This document shows positions 42,406 to 52,985 of a DNA stretch of 64,000 nucleotides, in pieces. The notes under the pieces were generated by a model that searched no databases, had not been told where the DNA came from, and saw nothing but the letters and a program-made list of their open reading frames with translations. Position 1 is the first letter of the stretch. Each line of letters starts with the position of its first letter. Position numbers and translations under genes: made by a program. The DNA is taken from the NCBI GenBank assembly GCA_964016885.1, contig OZ024745.1, positions 19,964,001 through 20,028,000 on the forward strand, written 5' to 3'. The DNA is from Eledone cirrhosa. Its lineage: Eukaryota.

Positions 42406-45063
42406 TCATCATCATCATCATCATCATCGTTTAACGTCCGTGTTCCACGCTTGCATGGGTTTGGACGGGAGTTTTCCCACTTGAGGCAAGAGTGATCGTC
42501 TTGCTCGCATAGGACTGTCTGGCGGGTTTTCTACAGCTGGATGCCCTTCCTAACACCAACCACATTTACAGTGTGGGGCTGGGAGGTTTTTACCGTGTTG
42601 CCTACACGGTCACATTACAGCGTGGACTGTGTATTTTTTTGTCGTGACACCTACACGATCTCATTTGTTTCGGCCTGGATGTTGTGGCACCAACGTAACT
42701 TTATATTGAAAGGGGCGGTGTGGATGGGGTGGGGGTGGTGGGACGGGGGTGTATTTTGTTAGAGATGCCTACTGGCTGTAGTGGGTTTTACTTTGTATTT
42801 AGGTAAGGCGGGTCTTCTCTATTACTGAGTACCGCCAAAGGTCTCGGTCCAGTGACATTGTCTTGGAGAGGTGTAAGTGTGTGAGGTCGGAATTTATCAG
42901 CTCGTCCCAGGTTTTTCTGGGTCAGCCTACTCCGTGGCTACCGTCTATCTTTATTGCCCTGCACTTTGTTATACAGCTGTCGTCTTCCATGCGCATCACG
43001 TGACCATACCAATGTAGCCTTCTCTCGAGTAAACAACATCTGATCCCTCTTATTTCTAATTTTTTCCTTAGTTCGTTTATGCTTTGCCGTTCACGTATAT
43101 TACTATTACACATCCAGCGGAGCATGCAAGCTTCGTTCCTCTCTAGTTTGCGTATATCCTCTGCACACAATGCCCAGGTCTCACTGCCATGCAACATTGC
43201 TGTCGTATGCAGGCATCATACAACCTGCCTTTCATTTTTAGGGAGAACCCTTTAGCGGCTAATAGTGGTATAAGCTCTCTGAACTTTTTCCATCCAGTTC
43301 TGACTCTAACTACTGTACTTTCAGAGCACCCTCCCCCACTGCTGATTTTGTCACCTAGGTAACGGAAGCTGTCCACTATTTCTATAGAACCCTCTGCGCA
43401 ATTGAAAGAGCTAGTATTTTGTGGGCACTTGCTGCTACTTATTGCACCAGAGCACCGGCCACATGTAAAATCTATGTTCTTAGTTAGCTTACCTGTGATC
43501 CCACTACATCTTTTATGTACCCATACTTTGCATTTGGGACATAAAATGGAGTTTCTACCTACGCCTTTCCTACACACTGAGCATGGCCATTTCCGGGAAG
43601 GGACCGGCGCCCTATTTTCTTTCTTACAAACTAGAACTTTAGTCTTAGCCAGGTTAATTTTAAGGCTTTTTGATTCTAGGCCGTGCTTCCATGTTTGGAA
43701 TTTCTTCTCTAGCTCGGCCATTGATTCAGCTATGAGCGTTAGATCATCTGCGTATAGGAGTTCTCATGGGCAGCTGGTCTTGAACTCCACTGTTATAGCC
43801 TGAAGGGCAATAATAAATAGGAGGGGGCTAAGGACGGAGCCCTGATGAACACCAACTTTTACACTAAACTCTTCACTATATTCGTTGTTAATTCTAACCT
43901 TGCTGACTGTTTCTTTATACATGGCTTGTATAGCTCTCACAAGCCATTCGTCAACACCTAGTTTTCTAAGAGACCACCAGATAATGGAACGGGGGACTCT
44001 GTCGAAGGCTTTCTCCAAGTCAACAAAAGCTAAGTATAGGGGTTTACTTTTAGCTAGGTACTTCTCCTGTAGTTGTCGTACAATGAAAAGAGCGTCTGTG
44101 GTACTTTTGCCTGACACAAAACCGAACTGCATTTCATCTAGATCAATTCTCTCCCTCATTAGTTGCGCTATTACTTTTTCCGTGACCTTCATGACCTGGT
44201 CGATTAATTTAATGCCTCTATAGTTACTCCTATCTAGGGCATCTCCTTTACCCTTGTAACAGTTAATGATGATGCTGCTACGCCAGTCCTTCGGAACAAC
44301 CCCATTCTGTATGACTTGGTTTACTATTCGGGTGACCATGGTGTGTCCCACCGTTCCAGAGGCTTTCAGCATCTCAGCAACTATTTCCGAAGGCCCAGCC
44401 GCCTTACCCATCTTCATATCTTTGATTGCCTTACTTATTATACTACCTTCGACTAACACTGCCAGTCCCTCTATTGGGTCGATGTGGGGGAGACTGTCTT
44501 TCTCCCATTTATTCTCCTCATTTAGAAGCCTTTCGTAGTGACACTTCCAAGCTACCTACTTATCAGCGTCAGTGATGGCAAGTACGCCATCATCATTAAG
44601 TACACACTTCTCCCCGACAATATCACGGTTTTCCTTGACACATTGCCTAGCAATCCTGAACACCTCACGTTTTTGGTCCTCACGTTGTAGAACATGCTTG
44701 AACTTTCTTTCCTCTGCTTCCTTTCTTGCGAAGTACACTTGTCTCCTAGCTTCCCTCCTGGCCACTTGATAGTCTTCTCTACTTCCCCCATCCCGCCATA
44801 CTTTCCAAGCTTGCTTTTTAGCCTTAATTGACTCCTCCACCTTACTGTTCCACCACCATGTTACTCTCCTCCTACCTACAGGCCTGCTCCAGCCACAGAC
44901 TTCGTCTGCCGCCGTCAGCAGGTTTGCTTTCAGGAATTCCCACTGTTCCTCTATATTATACGACTCTAATTGCTCTTCTTTACTGTCGAAAGCATCAAGT
45001 AACATGCTTTGAAATTTATTTCTGGCTGTGGGGTCCTTTAGCTTCCATATTTTTCTCCTGAGG
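42406..45063 (-). mobile_element. RTE-clade LINE family 1, 5' truncated, ORF disrupted
   Basis: ORF pieces 44556-45005, 43764-44459, 43143-43721 and 42922-43197 give FVDLEKAFDRVP, GVHQGSVLSP, YADD and WYGHVMRM; (GAT)n tail at the left end. Confidence 0.95.
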
Positions 45064-45118
45064 ATATGGTCTAAAAGGGTTAGTTTTATTTATATGGTCT
45101 AAAAGGGTTAGTTTTATT

Positions 45119-45334
45119 TCATCATCATCATCGTTTAACGTCTATCTTCCATGCTAGCATGGGTTTAAACGGGAATTGTCCCACTTGAGGCAAGATTGGT
45201 CAGGTGACCGTGTCTCGCTCGTATAAGACTGTCTGGCAGGTTTTCTACGGCTGGATGCCCTTCCTAACACCAGCCACGTTTACAGTGTGGACTGGGAGGT
45301 TTTTATTGTGTTACCTACATGGCCACATTACAGC
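45119..45334 (-). mobile_element. SINE B / RTE 3'UTR-like tail inserted in the 28-bp array
   Basis: Similar to 42406-42620; (GAT)n tail. Confidence 0.8.
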
Positions 45335-46208
45335 GGGTTAGTTTTATTTATATGGTCTAACAGGGTTAGTTTCATCTGTATGATCTAACAAGATTTAGTT
45401 TTATTTGTATGATCTAACAGGGTTAGTTTCATCTGTATGGTTTAACAGGGTTAGTTTTATTTGTATGGTCTAACAGGATTGAGTTAGTTTTATTTGTATA
45501 TTCTAACAAATTATTATCTTTAATTATCCATTAGTAAGATGAAATAAAATGTCATATATATAAATAAGATTTTCAATGCTAATTCAAAGAGATACATGAT
45601 TCATCATCACTGTTTAATGTTCATTTTCCCACACTAGCATGGGTTAGACAAGTTGTCCCATTTGAGACAAGTCAGGTCAGGTGATGGTGTCTTTCTCATA
45701 CAGAATTGTTTCTGGCTTGGTTTCTCCAGTTGGATGCCTTTCCTAATACCAACCACATTTACAGTGTGGACTGGGTGCCTTTTATTGTGGCACTGAAATG
45801 GACCACTTTACAGTGTAGACTGGGTGTAAGGACGTGGGTGAAGAGTATGGTGTTAGGATTACACTATTTTGAAACTTCTAAAATAGAACTACATCTGTTC
45901 TGTGGAGTATATATAGTAATGCTGTGAAACACTTTGCCATCTTTTCTAGTAAAAGAGAAGTTTTGTGGAAATAATTTTGATGATTATGGATGAGGAATTG
46001 ATTTGATGGAGTATTTAGTTTGTAACTATGACAAGGTGATGATAAGAGATATGTGATGAAATGATGAGGGAGAGAAGTGGTGACATTATGAGAAAGAGAG
46101 ATGGTGAGATGTGATGAGATGAGAGAGGTAGTGAGACAATAAGTGAGAAAAATAAAGGTGGAAATATTTTGTTGATATATTTAAGTTCAATGAAGTTATA
46201 AGAGTGGG

Positions 46209-46275
<67 letters not shown>

Positions 46276-46448
46276 AACGTTTGTATTTGTAAAGCCAAAA
46301 CAATGCAGGTATGGATATAGAATAAAAATGCAAATTTTTATTCTATGTCCATACCTACATTGTTTTGGCTTTACAAATACAAACGTTTATACCTCATTAC
46401 ACAATGCTTCAAGTGAACTATAACTTCCTATATATATATATATATATA

Positions 46449-47653
46449 GGTGTTGAGGAATGGCTTGTAGGACAGTGCAAACTTTGTACAGAGGTACTCT
46501 CAGTAAAGTCAGGGTAGGAATGGAGTTTAGTGAGGAATTCCAGATACAAGTAGGAGTACATCAGGGTTCGGTCCTCAGCCCGCTCTTGTTCATTATAGTC
46601 CTCCAAGCCATAATAGAGGAGTTTAAGACCGGCTGTCCATGGGAACTTCTCTATGCTGACGATCTGGCTCTTATAGCAGAATCAGTAGAGGAGCTAGAGA
46701 ATAAATTCCGGCTATGGAAACAGCAGTTGGAAGCAAGAGGACTGAGAGTAAATCTAGCTAAGACAAAAGTGTTGATGAGTAGAAAAGAGGACAAAACCCT
46801 GATTCCGTTAGGGAAATGGCCATGTTCGATATGCAGAAAAGGAACTGGCATAAATTCTATAAAATGCACACAATGCAGGTCCTGGGTACACAAGAGATGT
46901 AGCGGGATAGCAGGCAAACTAAGAGGTAGGGAGAAATATGTATGCAGTAGATGTACAGGGAAATTAGACAGTAGAAGTCGCACTGATAGACACATTTTTC
47001 AAATGCGAGAGGGCGCTATAGAAGTGGTGGATAGCTTCCGGTACCTAGGAGATCAGATTAGCATGGGAGGAGGGTGTTCCGAGGCCATAGTATCTAGAAT
47101 AAGGACGGGTTGGAAGAAGTTTAGGGAGCTGCTTCCTCTGTTGACGAAGAAGGGTTTCTCCCTGCGTACGAAAGGCCGGTTGTATGATGCCTGTGTGAGG
47201 AGCGTGATGCTGCATGGTAGTGAGACATGGGCAGCAACCGCAGAGGATATGCGACGGCTGGAGAGAAATGAGGCAAGCATGCTCCGTTGGATGTGCAGTG
47301 TAAATGTGCGTGAACGACCCAGCATAAATGTGTTGAGAGAGAAACTGTGTCTGAGAGGGATAGAATGTAGTGTACGGGAGAGGAGACTGAGGTGGTATGG
47401 ACATGTGATGCGCATGGAGGATGACCGATGGGTGAAGAAGTGCCAGGAAATGCCAGTTGAAGGAAGACGTGGTAGAGGTAGACCACGAAAAACATGGGCG
47501 GAGGTGGTGAGAACAGACCTCAGATCATTGAAGCTCACGGCGGAGATGACGAGGGACCGTGACGAGTGGAGAGATGCTGTGCTGAATAAGACCCGTCCCA
47601 CCCTTGCAAGCAGGGAGAAGCGGACGTAAAATGATGATGATGATGAATGATGA

Positions 47654-47655
<2 letters not shown>
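46449..47655 (+). mobile_element. RTE-clade LINE family 2, 5' truncated, with open RT C-terminal ORF (46460-47629)
   Basis: GVHQGSVLSP, LLYADD, FRYLG, RLRWYGHVMRM and GRPRKTW; stop codon followed by (TGA)n; (TA)n on both sides. Confidence 0.95.
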
Positions 47656-47685
<30 letters not shown>

Positions 47686-47690
<5 letters not shown>

Positions 47691-48339
47691 GAAGAGAGAA
47701 GAAACATTTAGATATAATTAGTAATAAAATGTATCATACCTAAACTGCTCCTAAATTCCTCGACTACGTAGTTTCGTGGCATAAACAAAAACAATATATC
47801 ATAAAGATATAGAGTCCCTGCGAGGTCTGCCGACTTATCAAGAGGATACCTCATTTTACTAGTCTCAAGAACGCGTCTACACGACGTGAGAAAGAATCCC
47901 AAAAGGCGGAGGGGGAGATAGTCACGCGATATAACGGTCGAGAAACAGAGCTAAGCCTCTTATAACCACGAAGAAAATACCACGGAGGCGGAGGGGGTAT
48001 TCATATCGAGGCCGCAGAAGAGGTGGTGAAGAAGGCTAGAAGTATGAGTAATGGAAGCTTTCCAGTTGTCCCCACACTTCAAAGATTGCTCGACCAGAGG
48101 GAGTTATTAACAATATATTTAGAAACACACAGATACATGCGGACACACACATATATACATGAATGCATCCGCACCCAACTGTGAGTTAAGGGTGCCAACT
48201 TCACCGATGTTGCTCAATGAATGACCGGGACAGACCAATTCAGTTGAACCAGACTGAACCAGTATCAGAGTTAAAAATACATTATGAAGAGAGAAGAAAC
48301 ATTTAGATATAATTAGTAATAAAATGTATCATACCTAAA
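47686..48339 (-). mobile_element. Retrozyme / Penelope-like element: 595-bp monomer plus perfect 59-bp terminal direct repeat
   Basis: 47686-47744 is identical to 48281-48339; (TA)n on both sides; internal hammerhead. Confidence 0.8.
47757..47846 (-). ncRNA. Type I hammerhead ribozyme, U3-A8 core variant
   Basis: Minus strand: TCCTC-TTGATAA-GTCGGCA...TGCCAC-GAAAC-TACGTA-GTC^GAGGA; stem III ACTACGTAGT is palindromic. Confidence 0.75.
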
Positions 48340-49273
48340 TATATATATATATATATATATATATAGCCCACTCTTATTATAACTTCATTGAACTTAAATA
48401 TTTCAACAAAATATTTCCAGCTTTATTTTTCTCACTTATTGTCTCACTACCTCTCTCTTTTATCATCTCTCTCATCTCACCATCTCTCTTTCTTATAATG
48501 TCACCACTTCTCTCTCTCATCATTTCATCACATATTATATTTATACTCAGAGTTTTCCTAGAGTGCTACTTAATATCTGTGACTAATCCCAGTTTAAAAA
48601 AAAAACTGCGATAATATTGCTTATGCTGAACTCCATATTTTTGTTGAGTTTTTACGGAATGTTTTGACTGTTGTTTCTTGTAAACAGCTTTTTCGTCTCA
48701 TCCCACCATCACTAGCGTGTGTCCACGTGTTGTTTTGTTATTTCAATTCTACACGCTGTTGCTTGCCTGCTTTTAATTCCCCTCCAGCATTTTAGCAGTG
48801 AAAATTTGGTTAATGTTTTGAGCACTACTGAAGATTTCGATACCAACCGTGACTAACCCCACTGAAAAGTTTTGCGAAATAGTCGTTTAAGACTATATTA
48901 TGCATTTGTAGTTTTCCCCAAATTGACGGTTAAGTATTTCTTCTTGATTTTATTTTGAGTTAAGATTGTACTGCTTTTCCCCCAACTTACACAATTGTAC
49001 TGCTTTTCCCCCAACTTACACAAAGTCTGAGGATAAAGTTTTTCTTCTTGATTTGTTTTAAATTAGGATTGTATTACTTTTCCCTCATCTTACATTAAAA
49101 ATGTTTTCATCTTGATGTTATAGTCACTTATATGTCTGAATTATTGTTGGCATTTTGCTTACATTAATTTCTCTATTTTCATTTATTTTCATTTATATAT
49201 TTTCATTTATATATTTTCATTTATATATATATATAACATATATATATATAACATATATATATAACATATACTC

Positions 49274-49319
<46 letters not shown>

Positions 49320-49358
49320 ATATATAAGAACAAAAGATGGTTAAAAGAGTTCCATGTA

Positions 49359-49425
49359 TTTTATTATGCCCATTTCAAAAACAAATATCATCATGCAATA
49401 ATATTTGTGTTTTCATCAGATAAAA
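49359..49425 (-). ncRNA. Type I hammerhead ribozyme, left arm
   Basis: Minus strand: TTTTAT-CTGATGA-stem II-GAAAT-GGGC-ATA^ATAAAA. Confidence 0.78.
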
Positions 49426-49885
49426 CATGAAGACATGATATGAAGGTTAAAAAATACTTGTGGATAGTTCAGTTTTAAATCAACATATGAGAAGTAGTTT
49501 TAGATTGATGTGTGATATTGGGAAAAATATTTTATTTACATTATTTACATTATTTTTCTCTTCGTTAATTTTCAAATTCTTTTAATTTATACATTATCTT
49601 CCAACGGTTTTCAACCTCTATGTAAAACAATATATCTTTCTCAGTTATAAAAGCTATCTCTCTCTCTCTATCACCCATCTCTCCTCCTATCTCATCCTTC
49701 CTCATTATACTCCTCCCTCTCCACTTTTTACTCTCATCTCCTCCTCTTTTTCATCCTTTCCACCCCCCCCTCTAAATAAAATATTTTTCCCAATATCACA
49801 CATCAATCTAAAACTACTTCTCATATGTTGATTTAAAACTGAACTATCCACACGTGTTTTTTAACCTTCATATCATGTCTTCATG

Positions 49886-49952
49886 TTTTATCTGATGAAA
49901 ACACAAATATTATTGCATGATGATATTTGTTTTTGAAATGCGCATAATAAAA
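49886..49952 (+). ncRNA. Type I hammerhead ribozyme, right arm
   Basis: TTTTAT-CTGATGA-AAACACAAATATT...GATATTTGTTTTT-GAAAT-GCGC-ATA^ATAAAA; stem III ATGCGCAT is palindromic. Confidence 0.85.
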
Positions 49953-50985
49953 TACATGGAACTCTTTTAACCACCTTTTGTTCTTATATATTATGTATAC
50001 TCCAGTCCTACATACTGTAGAGTGCTTATTATCTGATATCTGCATTGCTTTATTGTACTACAATAAAACTCACCTCCTACATATATATATATATATCTAT
50101 ATATATATATATATATATATATATAGATGTGCGTGGTGTTGTGGTAAGGGTGTTGAACATACGATCACTATCAATATTTAGAATATCATCTCATCCTCAC
50201 ATAGAAACACCACTGCTTTCTCTGTTGTTTAGTAATCTTCAAGGATCACTGTTAGGTTCTTGAGTATGTTATTCTCTGACAATTTGTTGACCTTGTATGA
50301 GTAGCTGCCTCTGCAGATGTCTAAATCATGTTGATGTATGATCCGCTGGTAATTGGATCTCTTACTTCAAGAAATTCTTCAAGTTAAGTGATTCTGATTG
50401 ACAAGTACCTGTAGTTCACTGGCAGGTGTAACAGCCCTGACAAGTACCTGTAGTTCACTGGCAGGTGTAACAGCCCATCACCCTCTCTCTTTGTACTACA
50501 TATTCTACAAGAAGTTGGTCACCAAAATCATTGGCCCTTACATTTTTTTCCAAATTTCCTTTCAACCATTGTTTCTTCTTCAATTTGTTGGTCCATGTCA
50601 CCTTTTCACTGTTTGGGGATAGTAAGGATTGGTTGCTCAACCTTGCTGACTTACCGCTCTTCCTTCCCTTTCTTCCTCTCCATCTTCCCCTATCTCTCCA
50701 TTTCCCCACTCTTGCCCCCCCCCCCCTCTATCTCCCCCCCCCCACACTAATGACTGGTAATCTCTATATATGTACATATTCACTAGTTTCATAGTTTCAA
50801 CTTTACAAGAAATAAGAAACAATGATAATCTGAACAAATAATTGTATTAATATTGATGAGAAGATTGAAAGGAAACCAAATAGTCTTTAGCATTATAACT
50901 CAGGTAATGACTGCTTAGCCTTTACTTATACTTATATTTCAACCTCTTTAAAGTCAGTAGCCATTTTGTATTAAAGAAGAAAGAA

Positions 50986-51210
50986 GGTTGGTGGATTGGC
51001 AGTATTGGTAGAGCATCGGACACCTTGCTTGGTGGCGCATAGTTATGTCCCTTTATGTTCTGAGTTCAAATCCCGCCAAGGTTAGTTTTGCTTTTCATCC
51101 TTAAGGGGTTGATAAAATAAAGTACCAGTAACATACTGAGGTTCATTTAATTGACCCCCCCCCCCCCCCCTCAAATTTCTGGCCTTGTGCCTAAACCAGA
51201 AACCATTATT
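50986..51210 (+). mobile_element. tRNA-derived SINE family A
   Basis: Same head, B box and tail as the 18633 copy, with a poly-C insert. Confidence 0.85.
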
Positions 51211-52803
51211 AAAGAAGAAAGAAAAAAACTATCAAATTTGGTATAACAGTAAATTACTAGTTTAAAATTGACTATCTATCTCACTATAGTTATTTGTGGT
51301 TTAGTTATTTTAAGTATAATGATATCATCTATTTTGCTCAGTTATTAACTCTTTGAGTTAAATTCTAATGATTGTACTGAATAGCTGATGCCCCACCACT
51401 TCTTTCCTGCCACGTTTGGCTGTTTGTTTCCTTTGCATTATAATTAAAGACACAAAGAAGCTGTGTTTCTAATGTAGTTCTAATATATTATTTATCTAAA
51501 GCCAACTGATATTTAGTGAGCACTTCTGAAAGTAAGTTGTAGAAATGCGGGAAACACAGGCTGCAAGCCAATTCTTCTATCTAGTACTGTTACAGGTCAA
51601 AGAGTACTTTTTACTTTTCTTGCTCTTGTTTTGTTTGTTTATTTATTTATTTATTTATGCTTCTTCTTCGCCCACGTATTCTGGGGGGGGGGTCGTAGGG
51701 GCACAGTCCTCCAACACTCAAGCAGATCCTATCAAAAGCAACCATCTCCAATTGATCCAACTGGATCCCTGAGCGAGACCAACTGATCTCATTGATATTA
51801 TCCAACCATCTTATGTGGGGTCTACTTCTGGGTCTCCGGCCAGTTGGTTTTGCCCATAAAATCTGTCCAGTGGTTAAAGTTTAGTTTGAACATTTTAATG
51901 TATACTTTTGAGAGGAAACCATTGGCTGGGGTAGGAGTATTCCAGAGAGAAACAATCCTGGAAAGAAATCCTTTAGTAAAATATTTAGTGTTAGCTGTAA
52001 GAGTTGTCATACAATAGGTGTGATTGAAGGAAGATAGGTGCATACAAATGGATTTAAATGACCAGAGAAAACTTATACTCTCATCCCTCCACAACCTAAA
52101 AAAAAATTATCTAAACTGCTTGTCTTATTTCTGTATCAAGGTTGCCAGACATTGTATACAAATTGTAAACTTTTATTAGTGTTACATAGAAAAAGAACTA
52201 GATATCGTACAGCAGTAACATTTTCTTACAACAGATCTATTAGTTGTAAGATCTATTTAGACTCTTCATATATTGGCTGTATAGAAGACAAGTTGGACAG
52301 AGAACTTCCATGTGTTCAGAACTGTGGCTGGTTTTTTTTCCAGAAAATATGTGAAGTGTCTGAATTGTTGGCAGATAAAATGTTCATGTCTCATGTATTG
52401 TGCCAAGCAGTACAGAGCTTAGAACCATTTTTGCATCATAAAACTTTGCCAATTTTTTTTATAGTTCTAAATTTCTGGTGGAATTCTCTCCTGGGAGGGA
52501 AAATGCACTCTAATAAACTATTGGTGCAGAAAAGTTTTTGAAATACACACAATGTCTATGTTGAAAATATACCTGCTACTTAAGTTCATCAATTTTTTTT
52601 TGTTTTCTCAGTATAAATGTTAAAAGTTCAGTGTGGTCTGCTGTGGGAATTTGCAATATATCATACTTGTTTTTGTACCTAACTTTATTTTGGCAGGTAA
52701 ATACAGGTAAATACTACTGTATGCCATTCTGTTTTTCATAGTTTTATCAATGCTTATTTCCCAGTATTAGAGTTCATTATTTTTTATGAAGATTATTTTT
52801 TTT

Positions 52804-52985
52804 TGGCAGTATCGGTAGAGGGTCGGATGCCATGCTTTGCAAACAAGAGTTACAGCCCTTTATGGTCTGAGTTCAAATCCCGCCGAGGTTTACTTTGCCT
52901 TTCATCCTTACGGAGTCGATAAAATAAAGTACCAGTAATACACTGGAATAATTGCTGGCCTTGTGCCAAAAGTAGAAACAATTAT
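52804..52985 (+). mobile_element. tRNA-derived SINE family A
   Basis: Close match to 18633-18825. Confidence 0.88.

Larger units (their letters stand above)
49321..49990. mobile_element. Inverted-repeat element (arms about 215 bp), each arm carrying a hammerhead; resembles an inverted Penelope pseudo-LTR
   Basis: 49321-49538 is the reverse complement of 49773-49990 with few mismatches; TA-rich flanks. Confidence 0.8.

Noticed and set aside
47045-47601. Antisense ORFs over the RTE elements (also 43402-44538 and 62203-63348)
   Set aside because: Shadow frames of the RT coding sequence with no recognisable motifs.
48825-48890. CTGAAGA followed by a downstream GAAA
   Set aside because: The pairing topology does not fit a hammerhead.
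51822-52094. FLSRIVSLWN motif resembling a CR1/Jockey C-terminus
   Set aside because: Too short and degenerate to annotate without a profile search.
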